Source: Candidatus Dojkabacteria bacterium (GTDB lineage Bacteria > Patescibacteriota > Dojkabacteria > SC72 > JAFGCJ01). From it: 64,000 nt of DNA. The translations under genes and the position numbers were made by a program. Below the pieces are notes generated by a model. It was not told the origin of the DNA, searched no databases, and worked only from the letters and a program-made list of their open reading frames with translations. Below are positions 8,558 to 18,239 of this stretch, one piece after another. Each line of letters starts with the position of its first letter. Position 1 is the stretch's first letter. The stretch is from positions 529,777 through 593,776 of the forward strand of contig JAFGCJ010000002.1 in assembly GCA_016932785.1 (NCBI GenBank), written 5' to 3'.

Positions 8558-11107
8558 CTACTCAGAATTTTGAACGTCCTCTTCTACTTCCGATTCCTGC
8601 TGGTCCTCCTCATCTGGAACAATATTTTCTACGGTTACAGTGATTCTTCCATCTCTGCTGGGCATTCTCCAGAATATCTTTGGGAACCATGACGGATAGA
8701 ATTCAACCTCGGGTTCGCCAGATACATAGTCTAACTGCTTGAGAAACTTTATTCCCTCAGCCCAACCCTTACCCTGCAGCCCTTTCTCAATTTTGGATTT
8801 ATCTAACCTAGGCATTACAAACCCAGAGACAGAAACGCTCAGGACAACCTTCCCTTCATCCATAGATACGGATTTTACCTCTATCGTCTTTTCAATGTTT
8901 TCAGAAATTTCTAGATCCTCAAGGTCACTGTCTTCATCAATGCTATCAAGCAAAAGCTCTTCTATAAGTGCATCCAGTGAATTATTGTCATAATACAAAG
9001 CCGAACTCTTGGTCTTAAGGCTTACATTAAATGTCTCTTCCTCAGCACCAGCGGGCACATCTGATTCTACATCACCATCCACTTCATTTTTTACCGACTC
9101 CGGAACAAAAAACCAACGAGATTCCTGTCCTTCCCTTTCAAGCTCTCCTTTTGCTTCATCAAATAAACTTTTTTTAAGACTGTCCGCCACTTTGTCGATA
9201 TCATCCTGACTTACAACCTTGTATTCTGTCTTACTTCCTCCCGTCAAAGGATTTAAATTCTTCGCGCTTACTTGTCCAAGATCATAACTACCAACCTGAA
9301 GCGTAGTATTTGCCTCAAGATTATATTCTTCTCCCACTTCCGCAGCTACAACTGTCCCATCTGCCTGAGTCATAGGAGCAAAGTCAGGTTTCGCCAAAGT
9401 AACCGCACCCTGAAGTATAAAGTTGAGTCCGCCATTGGAAAGTACTGTTCCCGAAGGAACAACAACCTCTTCGTCAGTTGTATTAAACAGAGTCACCGTC
9501 CCCGATGCTTTCTCCCCTCTTGCCGCGGTACCCGTAGCAGTCCCATTGTCGGAACCATTCTTCAGAACCTCTTCTCTTTTTGCTGGAATCTTTAATTCCT
9601 CCTTATCCCGTTCATCAACCGATGTCAAAGCAATAATCTCTCCCTCATATTCCACTGAAATACTCTCTACCTTTACTTCCGCAATAACCTCCGGAAGATA
9701 CCAAATCAAAAATGCCATCAAAACAACAACGATAACAAGAACAGGTATCAAAATCTTGGTCGCATTTTTTCCTTTAAGAAAAACTTTGATCTTTTGAATT
9801 AAACCTGAAATGAATGATCCCGCGACTCCCAATCCTTTTTTCAAACCATCACCTGCTCCAGACATTACTCCACCCGATTTTTGTTCCGGAGGCATTCTAC
9901 CTGAGTCAGGAACTCCGGTATCTCTTTTAGGAGGTAAATCATCAAAAGATGAAACCTTTTTAGCACCCACGGCTTCATAACTAGCAAAATCCCTTCCAAC
10001 CAAACTCCGTGTCTTTTCTACCGGTTCAGAAGGTACAGATTTTATCTTTCCAACCGGCTTCTCCTTAGAAACAGAACCCGCCAGACTGGACGAATCCAAA
10101 CTCTGTTTTGCCAGCGGTGGTTCAACACCAGGCGACATAGAAGACACCTCCGGTCCAGAGGCAGCACTAACCTCTCCGGCTGACATACCAGCCCCAACAG
10201 CACCACCTATTGAACCTGACACCTTTGAGCCTCCGGACATAGTAGAGCTATCTACCGTCATTTGGAAATCGCCATCACTGACCTCGCGAACTGAGGTCTG
10301 TTTTTGAGCTTCTACTTTCGTTTCGGAAGGCGTATCTTGTCCCCCCGCTGTGTCTTCCACAGAGTCTTCAAAATCAAGTTTCTCATCAGTACTGGATTCT
10401 TCAGTTTCAACATCATCAACTTCCTGACCCGGAACACCTTGAGACTCTTCAGGTGAGGTTATTTTTTCTTTCATACTAACCACATCCTCTGGTTTTTCTG
10501 TATTCTCAATCTTTTCTGGCCCCAAATCTTCACCAGTTTTCACACTTTCAACATCTATCTTCTCTTCCAAGCCCTTCTTTTTTCTATCTTCAGCAAGTTT
10601 GCTGGATTGTTCCCAATCACCGTCCTCAACCGAATTCATAGACGGCTTAGCAACAAGACCTGCCAGGGAAGCCATTCTCTGCCCCGTTTTATCATCAGTA
10701 ACAAGCAGGATATTCTTCTTTAAAGCATCAGCAGCACGGACAATTAGATTCATAGAAACCGTACTGACCAGAAGATCACTTCCCGCTGGAATAGATATCA
10801 CTATCCTATTCGAGGGACTATCCTGGATTTTCTCAAGTAAGAAAGGTATCTCATCCTCAACATCTGTAATGATTTTAAAAACTGAATTATCGGCTGATTT
10901 AGTGATTACTTGGGATTTATCTGAAGCCCCAACTGAACCCTTATTTTCCTTAACAGTTTTTTTTACTCCTGTTTCTTTCTTTTCTATTTTCTTCTCAGAC
11001 TTAACCTTTTGATCATCACCCTTACCAGATTTACCAGAAGGCTTCTCCTTTGGGGTGGACGATTTAACACTTTTCTTTTTGGTCTTTTCTTTATCTTCTT
11101 TTGGCAC
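8558..11107 (-). CDS. 849-aa bitopic membrane protein: Lys/Ser/Glu-rich cytoplasmic N-half, one TM, beta-rich ectodomain (baseplate-J-like, tentative)
   Basis: Single TM helix ILIPVLVIVVVLMAFLIWYL around aa 455. The N-terminal part is low-complexity (KEDKEKTKKKSVKSS...). The C-terminal block GTATGTAARGEKASGTVTLFNTTDEEVVVPSGTVL resembles proteins often annotated as the baseplate J/gp47 family. It lies 10 nt downstream of the FtsA/PilM-like gene. Confidence 0.6.
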   Translation of the reverse strand: MPKEDKEKTKKKSVKSSTPKEKPSGKSGKGDDQKVKSEKKIEKKETGVKKTVKENKGSVGASDKSQVITKSADNSVFKIITDVEDEIPFLLEKIQDSPSNRIVISIPAGSDLLVSTVSMNLIVRAADALKKNILLVTDDKTGQRMASLAGLVAKPSMNSVEDGDWEQSSKLAEDRKKKGLEEKIDVESVKTGEDLGPEKIENTEKPEDVVSMKEKITSPEESQGVPGQEVDDVETEESSTDEKLDFEDSVEDTAGGQDTPSETKVEAQKQTSVREVSDGDFQMTVDSSTMSGGSKVSGSIGGAVGAGMSAGEVSAASGPEVSSMSPGVEPPLAKQSLDSSSLAGSVSKEKPVGKIKSVPSEPVEKTRSLVGRDFASYEAVGAKKVSSFDDLPPKRDTGVPDSGRMPPEQKSGGVMSGAGDGLKKGLGVAGSFISGLIQKIKVFLKGKNATKILIPVLVIVVVLMAFLIWYLPEVIAEVKVESISVEYEGEIIALTSVDERDKEELKIPAKREEVLKNGSDNGTATGTAARGEKASGTVTLFNTTDEEVVVPSGTVLSNGGLNFILQGAVTLAKPDFAPMTQADGTVVAAEVGEEYNLEANTTLQVGSYDLGQVSAKNLNPLTGGSKTEYKVVSQDDIDKVADSLKKSLFDEAKGELEREGQESRWFFVPESVKNEVDGDVESDVPAGAEEETFNVSLKTKSSALYYDNNSLDALIEELLLDSIDEDSDLEDLEISENIEKTIEVKSVSMDEGKVVLSVSVSGFVMPRLDKSKIEKGLQGKGWAEGIKFLKQLDYVSGEPEVEFYPSWFPKIFWRMPSRDGRITVTVENIVPDEEDQQESEVEEDVQNSE

Positions 11108-11117
11108 AGATTATAGA

Positions 11118-12362
11118 TTAAACAACTAAATGCCTGTCCGGGTATCTGATTTTATCCCAAGTGAAGCGTGCAAGACCAGCAGGTGTAATATCCATTGAAT
11201 CCTTAAGTTGCTGATGTTTGTCGAAGACCATATCAAGCTTATCCGGAGTTACTACTAAAATCTTAGGAAATCTCATAAAATCAAGTTTCTGGGTCCAAGG
11301 ATACTCCATAAGAGCACTTCTGAGATCAGGAAGCATCGCTCCACCTCCACATAGATACATATACGAAGGATACTGTTCTATATCCTCCATACCTTCAAGT
11401 GCTATTTTAAGTCCCTCAACCCAAACCGGAATATCCTTGTTCAAGGACTTTTTTACCTTATCGGCAATCTTTTCATCAAGTTCACCATCTGAATATTTTA
11501 TCTTTCTAGCCTCAGCATGTCTGTAATCAAGATTCATATCTTTGGCTATTCTCTTAGTAAATACTCTTCCGCCAAAAGCAAAAATCTGAGTATCCAGCAC
11601 ATTTCCGTTCTGAACCAACGCAACATCGGTTGTGCCCCCACCAATATCAACAAAAATACCACTAAAGTTCTTGTCAGTTGAACCAGAAAAAGCCCGTGCA
11701 ACAGCAAAAGGCTGAGAAACAATACCAGTAATCTGAAGATTCAAACTATCTGCAACTTTTCTCAAAGCATCCAGATAAGTCTTGGGTCCAAATGACGCGT
11801 AGAAGTGAAGCCTCACCTGTTTACCGGTAAAACCAGTAAGCGAGTCCACTGGCATTCCTCCTATTTCCGCTCCAGTAATCGTAAGGTGTAAAACTTCTAT
11901 ATCATCTGGATCCATGGCATATTTTGAAGCAAGTTCGTTTCGGCCCGATTCAAAAATATTCTCCTTAACCTGATCGAAAATCTCAGACTGCTCACGATAA
12001 TCAACCTCTTTTGCAGCTCTCTCTTCTCTATCATAATTAACAACAATAGAAACCCCATGGATAAGCTCCCCAGCAATACCCATTACAACTTTCTGAGGAT
12101 AATCCTTTTGATCAATCTCACTGGTCACTTCATTAAAACCAAGCTTACAGTTTTCAATTACAGTATCAAGAGATTGGATAACCCCACTTTTCATTGCATG
12201 CTGTTGTTGGAAGATCCTAGATGAGCGCAAAATATGTACTCCCATCTCACTGCACCTAAACATCATCGTCTTCAGGACTTCGGTGCCTATATCTACAGCG
12301 AGAAGAAGCTCATCCGTAAACTTCGGTTTTGGCGGTTCACTTCTTAAAAACGGCAGTTTCAT
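11118..12362 (-). CDS. actin-like ATPase of the FtsA / PilM type
   Basis: Phosphate-1 motif LAVDIGTEVLK, phosphate-2 motif IFVDIGGGTTDVALV and adenosine motif MYLCGGGAMLPDL. The track ORF starts at TTG 12401, but the ATG at 12362 (MKLPFLR) is preferred. Confidence 0.7.
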   Translation of the reverse strand: MKLPFLRSEPPKPKFTDELLLAVDIGTEVLKTMMFRCSEMGVHILRSSRIFQQQHAMKSGVIQSLDTVIENCKLGFNEVTSEIDQKDYPQKVVMGIAGELIHGVSIVVNYDREERAAKEVDYREQSEIFDQVKENIFESGRNELASKYAMDPDDIEVLHLTITGAEIGGMPVDSLTGFTGKQVRLHFYASFGPKTYLDALRKVADSLNLQITGIVSQPFAVARAFSGSTDKNFSGIFVDIGGGTTDVALVQNGNVLDTQIFAFGGRVFTKRIAKDMNLDYRHAEARKIKYSDGELDEKIADKVKKSLNKDIPVWVEGLKIALEGMEDIEQYPSYMYLCGGGAMLPDLRSALMEYPWTQKLDFMRFPKILVVTPDKLDMVFDKHQQLKDSMDITPAGLARFTWDKIRYPDRHLVV

Positions 12363-12449
12363 GTCAATAGTATAGCATAGTTTTGGTGACAAACCAGTCA
12401 AGAACTAATGGTAGAACCAAAAGACATTTATGGGATATAATTGGGACAC

Positions 12450-14036
12450 ATGAAAAGAATTAGACCTTACAATACTGAAAGAAAGTCGTTCTTCTGGTAT
12501 AAAATAATTCCTGGAATCATCACCGTCGTAATACTTACCTCCCCTTTGTGGACATCCTTGCTCGGAATATATGAGGCACTAATAATATATCTTGCTTTTC
12601 TTGCAACCTATATTCTATATAAGGCCGTACAACACTCAATTGCAAGTGTTCTTGGCTATAAAAAGATGGTCAGAGATAAGAAACGAGATTGGAGTAAGGA
12701 TTTACTCAAAATCGATTTTGACAATCTAGAAAGTAAAAAGGATTTACCCAATGACCTGTCTCAAATTTACCACCTATTTTTTTACCCAATATATAAAGAA
12801 TCATACAGTGATCTAAAGAAAGGCATCGAGTCAATAGTAAATCAGGATTATCCCTACCCTAAAAGGATAATTTTCGTGGCAGCGGTCGAAGAAAGAGCCG
12901 GTCCAGAACAAAAGGAGATAGTAAAAAAATTAAAGAAAGAATACCAGGACAAAGTCTACGGATTCTGGGACTACTACCATCCGGAGAATATCGAAGGAGA
13001 GATAAAGGGCGATGCATGTTCTAATCTAAGATGGGCGGCAAGACATGCATCGAAGGACCTTCAAAGCCATAACATAGATTCTAGACACGTCATCTTTACA
13101 AAGGCAGATGCAGATACAAGGTTTCATAAAAAATTCTTTTCTGCCCTTACTTATACATACATAACGGCAGATAAAAGGTACCAAAAATTCTACTCTCCTG
13201 CAGTAATCATCTACTCAAACAACATATGGAAGGTTCCCGGACTAGTACGCCTTTTCAGTATGAGCCTGACCTTGAGCATTGTTGCAGAGTGGGTTTACGA
13301 GAAGAGACTAAAGCAAAGTTTCACCTGTTACAGCGCAAATTTTCATCTTCTAGAAAGGATCGATTTCTGGGATCCCACAACAGGAGCTGAAGATACTTAT
13401 TTTTACTGGAATGCCTTTCTTCATCTAAATGGTGACTTTCAGGGAGAATGTTTCTTCCTTCCAGTAACAATGGACGCCGTGGAAGGAACAGATCTTCTTT
13501 CATCCCTGACTTCTCTCTACAAGCAACAACTCCGCTGGGGCTGGGGGGTGATTCTCATGCCTATAGCTATTCAGGGAATGCTATGGAATAAAAAGATTCC
13601 TGTATCAATGAAGATTTCCAAGTTTGCACTTCTAGCCAGGATCTACAACTTCACAATAACAATGAGCACACTTCTGTCCTTTGCAATGCCTGTTCTAAAC
13701 CTTATTAACAATGAACTCGAATATTCTTCAATCGCATATCTTCTGCCAAAAACTGTAAGCTACATGATGATGGCAAGTCTATTATTTCAGATACCATCCA
13801 AGTACTACCTCTGGAGATACTACGGATCCCCCCCAAAGGAGAAATCACTACTCTTCAAAATATGGTGGTGGGGAGTTGAGCATTTTCTGATGTTCATAAA
13901 CATCTGGACCTATTACCTAATACCAAGGCTACATGCACAGTACGAAGTAACACTTGGTAAGCAAAGGAAGAAGTTCTTCATCTCGGTTGAAGGAAGACAG
14001 AAAAAAATCAACAGCAAATCAAAAACACTTCCCTAG
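12450..14036 (+). CDS. membrane-embedded family-2 glycosyltransferase with QxxRW motif (processive beta-glycan synthase type)
   Basis: Two N-terminal TM helices, a GT2 core (IFVAAVEERAG, FTKADADTRF), KQQLRWGWG (QxxRW), then C-terminal TM helices. A TATAAT at 12436-12441 lies 8 nt before the ATG. Confidence 0.75.
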   Translation: MKRIRPYNTERKSFFWYKIIPGIITVVILTSPLWTSLLGIYEALIIYLAFLATYILYKAVQHSIASVLGYKKMVRDKKRDWSKDLLKIDFDNLESKKDLPNDLSQIYHLFFYPIYKESYSDLKKGIESIVNQDYPYPKRIIFVAAVEERAGPEQKEIVKKLKKEYQDKVYGFWDYYHPENIEGEIKGDACSNLRWAARHASKDLQSHNIDSRHVIFTKADADTRFHKKFFSALTYTYITADKRYQKFYSPAVIIYSNNIWKVPGLVRLFSMSLTLSIVAEWVYEKRLKQSFTCYSANFHLLERIDFWDPTTGAEDTYFYWNAFLHLNGDFQGECFFLPVTMDAVEGTDLLSSLTSLYKQQLRWGWGVILMPIAIQGMLWNKKIPVSMKISKFALLARIYNFTITMSTLLSFAMPVLNLINNELEYSSIAYLLPKTVSYMMMASLLFQIPSKYYLWRYYGSPPKEKSLLFKIWWWGVEHFLMFINIWTYYLIPRLHAQYEVTLGKQRKKFFISVEGRQKKINSKSKTLP

Positions 14037-15709
14037 TCAATCTCTGTTACAACAACAGGATAGCGGTCAATTTTCTTACTTATCATCTTCGAGACAGTCT
14101 TATTTATCAAATCCTGAAGCTGACTCACGCCTTCTTTCTTGTTTCTTCCTGTACTCCCTCTCCTCCAGGATTCATATGTATCCTGAACCTGTCTTTCTAT
14201 CTCCTGGAATAGCTTATTATTATCCTTAACATAAACAAATCCACGCGAAATAATGGACGGTCTGCCAATGATTTTGTTTGACTTATCCAACTTAACAAAC
14301 ACAATAACTATTCCATGATCAGATATCCTTCTTCTTTCTTCAATAACAACTCTTGCCGATTCCCCAATACTTCTTCCTTCAACATAGATTTCCTTGCAGG
14401 GGAATTTCTTATCCTTATTCCACCGACCGGTCTTAGTATTATAAACAAATCTCTGCCCTGTTTCGGGTAAACGAATATCGTTCTTCTTCATTCCCCACTT
14501 GTTCAATAAGTAAGCCATTTCATGGATAAAGGAAGGCCATCCGTGAACTGGAAGGGCAAAGCGAGGCCGAATAAGTTTATACATAGTTCTCATGTCATCC
14601 TGATAACAATGGCCACTTGTATGAACATCCATGAATGACTGGTGAATAACCTTAGCACCAAGTCTCAAGAGATCGTCTATCAAACGCTGTACAGCTATTT
14701 GATTACCAGGAATAACTGACGATGACAAAATTATTGTATCAGTAGACTTTACTTTAATAGTCTGATGTTCTCCTTGGGCCATTCTGCTTAGTGCAGATCT
14801 CTCCTCACCCTGAGATCCTGTGGTAAGAATAAGAAGATTTTCATCTGGAACACCAGAAATATTCTTATCTGAAACAAAAAGTTTTTCATCAACATTAAGG
14901 TAACCGATCTTACGAAGCAGTCTTACCATTGTTTTCATACTATATCCTGTAACAACAACCTTTCTCTTGTACTTCTTTGCAATTTCCATCAATGAATACA
15001 ACCTGGTCCCAAGGGACGAGAAGGTTGAGGCAATTACCCGACCTCTAGCACGTTTTACTATCTTTTCAAGAATGTTTTTTATCTCTGTCTCAGATTTAGA
15101 CTTACCGCTCAGATAGACATTTGTACTATCAAAACAAGCTAAATCTACTCCTTCGTCACCAATCTTTTTAAGTTGTTCGTAATCAGGTTCAGGCTCATTA
15201 ACCGGCTCATCATCAAATTTATAGTCACCCGTATGAAATATATTTCCAGATGCCGTCTTAACCAAAATCGAGCTAGATTGGGGAATTGAGTGAGTAATTG
15301 GAACAAACCTTACCTTCATATTACCAATCTGGATATCCTTACTATGATCAACCTTCACCATTTTAACTCTCTTATCCAAACCAAATTCCTTTAGCTTTTC
15401 TTCCAAGAACATCAAAGTGAATTCCCTGCCATAAATCGTAGGAAATCCAAGTTCCTCAATAAGGTACGGGATTGCACCTATATGGTCTAGATGGGCATGA
15501 GTCAGAACAATCCCTTTAATTTGATCCTTCCTTTTCCTGAGATAGTCTACATCGGGGATAAGATAATCTATTCCAAATTGATCATCATCAGGAATTGTAA
15601 GTCCTAAATCTATAACAAGAATCTCCTTGTCATATTCGACAACATAACAGTTTCTATTTATATCCTCTACTCCTCCAAGGGGAATAAAGGCCAATTCTTT
15701 CTTTTTCAT
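14033..15709 (-). CDS. rnj: ribonuclease J (metallo-beta-lactamase / beta-CASP)
   Basis: 558 aa with VLTHAHLDHIGAIPYL (HxHxDH), a FHTGDYKFD-like segment, TTGSQGE and VHTSGHC. Confidence 0.9.
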   Translation of the reverse strand: MKKKELAFIPLGGVEDINRNCYVVEYDKEILVIDLGLTIPDDDQFGIDYLIPDVDYLRKRKDQIKGIVLTHAHLDHIGAIPYLIEELGFPTIYGREFTLMFLEEKLKEFGLDKRVKMVKVDHSKDIQIGNMKVRFVPITHSIPQSSSILVKTASGNIFHTGDYKFDDEPVNEPEPDYEQLKKIGDEGVDLACFDSTNVYLSGKSKSETEIKNILEKIVKRARGRVIASTFSSLGTRLYSLMEIAKKYKRKVVVTGYSMKTMVRLLRKIGYLNVDEKLFVSDKNISGVPDENLLILTTGSQGEERSALSRMAQGEHQTIKVKSTDTIILSSSVIPGNQIAVQRLIDDLLRLGAKVIHQSFMDVHTSGHCYQDDMRTMYKLIRPRFALPVHGWPSFIHEMAYLLNKWGMKKNDIRLPETGQRFVYNTKTGRWNKDKKFPCKEIYVEGRSIGESARVVIEERRRISDHGIVIVFVKLDKSNKIIGRPSIISRGFVYVKDNNKLFQEIERQVQDTYESWRRGSTGRNKKEGVSQLQDLINKTVSKMISKKIDRYPVVVTEID

Positions 15710-15874
15710 TTAACATTAAACAACTAACATAATATTCAATCTTTTTCCAATGCATTATAAATACAAAAGTAAAATATTGCACGGAAAGATACTAGCCTAA
15801 ACGGTCGGAAATTAATAACGACGCAGAAAATTAATACGTTCTGAAGGGCAGAAATCTATATTTTTCCAGGTTAC

Positions 15875-16102
15875 TTAGTCAATCGAGACAATCACGTAGT
15901 CAACAGCACCACCTAATGTTTGGACAGAGACGGTATCCTCTACCCTCTTGTTCATCAACGCCTTCCCAACAGGAGAATTTTGAGAAATCTTATTCTCTGT
16001 TGTGTCCACCTCACCAGGTCTGACGATCCTGAGTGTACGCTTTTTGTGGTCGCACTGAATAGTTACCTTGGAGTAAAGATGAACCGATTGTTCTTCTTTC
16101 AT
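15875..16102 (-). CDS. stand-alone GreA/GreB C-terminal-domain protein
   Basis: 75 aa. KISQNSPVGKALMNKRVEDTVSVQTLGGAVDYVIVSI matches the GreA C-terminal globular domain (IS..SP.G.AL.G). There is no coiled-coil N-domain. Confidence 0.65.
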   Translation of the reverse strand: MKEEQSVHLYSKVTIQCDHKKRTLRIVRPGEVDTTENKISQNSPVGKALMNKRVEDTVSVQTLGGAVDYVIVSID

Positions 16103-16260
16103 AGATAACTGGGATCTAAGCTAATTGTGTTATTATAACACAAAATTATATCTGTCGTCAAATCAGAACACCACGACCAAATTAATCTTTGTTACATGAC
16201 GGTGTCACAAATCAAGGCATATAAAGCTTTACAGAGACTATGTTTTAAGATCCTGAAATA

Positions 16261-16269
16261 TGTTATAAT
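16261..16269 (+). promoter_or_regulatory. extended -10 promoter TGtTATAAT upstream of the second TrmB gene
   Basis: tgttataat at 16261-16269, 50 nt upstream of the ATG at 16319. Confidence 0.4.
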
Positions 16270-16318
16270 CAACTAACATTTCTTTTCATAAAGAAAATAA
16301 AGTGTTAAAAAACAATAA

Positions 16319-17092
16319 ATGCCTAAACCTGACGCGAAAATCAACGCTTTTCTTAAGAATTTTGATCTTTCTGATATAGAGATCGATTTATACACCGGTT
16401 TACTCGAAACAGGCCCTACCACCGTACTGGAACTTTCTAAGCATGTAGATATTAAAAGAACAACTGCACATGTAAATATTGAAAACCTCATACAGAAGGG
16501 CTTCGTTGCTCAGACTCAAAAAGGGGCGAGAAGAAAAATTCTTGCAGAACCCCCGGAAAAACTAGAAACAATATTGAACAACAAGAAGCAAAAGATTAAA
16601 GAACTGGAGCAGACTCTTCCAGATGTCATTGACCAAATAAATCAAACTACAATAGAAAGTACAACCAAAACCTCAGTCAGATATTACGAGGGAGAAGAAG
16701 GATTCAGGAAGGTGAGCGATAGGTCTATCGAAAAAGCAGACAAGGAAATTTGTTTCATTTCTAATCTTGATGAGTGGTACAAAATCTACTCTGAGGAGTA
16801 CGATAAGAAACATTACATTCCAGTAAGACTAGAGAAAGACATAAGACTGAAAATTCTCACCTTTGAAACCCCACTAACAAGAAACTTACGAAAGAAAGAC
16901 GCTGAATTTAAAAGAGAAACAAGGTTTTTACCTGAAGGCACTAAACCCTTCTCCACAACAACAATGATTTATGACAAAGAGGTGAGCATAATGATATCAA
17001 GCAGCCCTTACTTATCAGTTATTATTGAAAGTAAGGAAATACATGATACTTTCGAATCATTATATCTAGAACTTGAGAAGATCTCACATTAG
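16319..17092 (+). CDS. TrmB-family transcriptional regulator (copy 2)
   Basis: FDLSDIEIDLYTGLLETGPTTVLELSKHVDIKRTTAHVNIENLIQKGFV. It has the same length (257 vs 259 aa) and architecture as 5748..6524. Confidence 0.8.
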   Translation: MPKPDAKINAFLKNFDLSDIEIDLYTGLLETGPTTVLELSKHVDIKRTTAHVNIENLIQKGFVAQTQKGARRKILAEPPEKLETILNNKKQKIKELEQTLPDVIDQINQTTIESTTKTSVRYYEGEEGFRKVSDRSIEKADKEICFISNLDEWYKIYSEEYDKKHYIPVRLEKDIRLKILTFETPLTRNLRKKDAEFKRETRFLPEGTKPFSTTTMIYDKEVSIMISSSPYLSVIIESKEIHDTFESLYLELEKISH

Positions 17093-17112
17093 AGTATTCT
17101 TGGAGCCACTAT

Positions 17113-17547
17113 CTATAATCCAAGCTCAGAACGAAACTCATTAACAAGAAACTCTAGTATTCTGAGTGATTTTTTCTTGTCGTAGGAGAAAACAAGGACT
17201 AAATCTCCTTCTTTTTTATCTATTTTTTCAAAAATCTTCCGCGTTTCTCTACGATTTATGCCATATCTCGGAAGCTCATCAGAAGTAAAGAATCCACTAC
17301 AACTAAAGCTTTCTTTTACTTGATCACATAATACCCTTCCGTATTTTCTAGTATCAGAATTCTCCTTATAAAATAAACCCTCCAAGGAAGAAACTTTAGC
17401 AATAAACAAAGTCGACCCGTTTTTTTTAACAATTTCGGACCGAGTCTCGGGAAGAGTAATCTTGATTAATTTACTAACCTCCAAGCTTTTACCCTTGTTT
17501 TTCTTGAAAATTTTTCTTATTACTTCTTTAGCATTAGAATTCACCAT
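17113..17547 (-). CDS. hypothetical protein (144 aa)
   Basis: ORF with window-typical composition, 13 nt downstream of the UDG gene on the same strand. No motif recognised. Confidence 0.5.
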   Translation of the reverse strand: MVNSNAKEVIRKIFKKNKGKSLEVSKLIKITLPETRSEIVKKNGSTLFIAKVSSLEGLFYKENSDTRKYGRVLCDQVKESFSCSGFFTSDELPRYGINRRETRKIFEKIDKKEGDLVLVFSYDKKKSLRILEFLVNEFRSELGL

Positions 17548-17560
17548 AATACTTCGGTAA

Positions 17561-18217
17561 CTACGAAAACATATCTATTTGAGAGTCTTTTCCTTCGTTC
17601 GAAGAACGCTCATCACCGTCCCCCTTTTCCTTAATAATTTCCGATACTGCATCCTCAACAGACACAGGCTTCAAGTCACCATCCAGAAATTTCTTAAGAT
17701 TTGCCATATCCTCCATCAAAGTTACTCTCATTGAGCCCTTATACAGAGCAACAGCAGGATGGTACATTACAAAATATGTCTTTCCCCCGCGCGAGTACAG
17801 TCTGCCATGTTCCTTGGAAATAGTCGTTCCAGGCAGAAACTTGTACATAGCAAATCTTCCAAGAGGTACAATGACTTCAGGATCAATTAATTCAATCTGT
17901 TTATCCAACCAAGGACGACATGCATCCATTTCATCTTGTTGTGGATCCCGATTTCCCGGAGGTCTACACTTAACCATGTTAGCAATAAAAACCTGACTTC
18001 TCTCAAGTCCAATACTCTTCAGAAGCTCATCAAGAAATCGTCCTGCAGGCCCAACAAAAGGTCTTCCGGTTTCGTCTTCCACTTTACCCGGACCCTCCCC
18101 TATAAACATAATGCTTGCATCTTCTGCGCCTTCTCCGGGAACGACCTGGGTAGCACCGGATCTTAATCTACACTTTTCGCACTTCAAACATTCTTCGTGC
18201 AACTCCTTAAGAGTCAT
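17561..18217 (-). CDS. family-4 uracil-DNA glycosylase
   Basis: CEKCRL...GEGPGKVEDETGRPFVGPAGRFLDELL...HPA motifs and 4Fe-4S cysteines. There is an acidic C-terminal tail. Confidence 0.85.
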   Translation of the reverse strand: MTLKELHEECLKCEKCRLRSGATQVVPGEGAEDASIMFIGEGPGKVEDETGRPFVGPAGRFLDELLKSIGLERSQVFIANMVKCRPPGNRDPQQDEMDACRPWLDKQIELIDPEVIVPLGRFAMYKFLPGTTISKEHGRLYSRGGKTYFVMYHPAVALYKGSMRVTLMEDMANLKKFLDGDLKPVSVEDAVSEIIKEKGDGDERSSNEGKDSQIDMFS

Positions 18218-18239
18218 ATCTTTAGTAATAATCTAAAAC

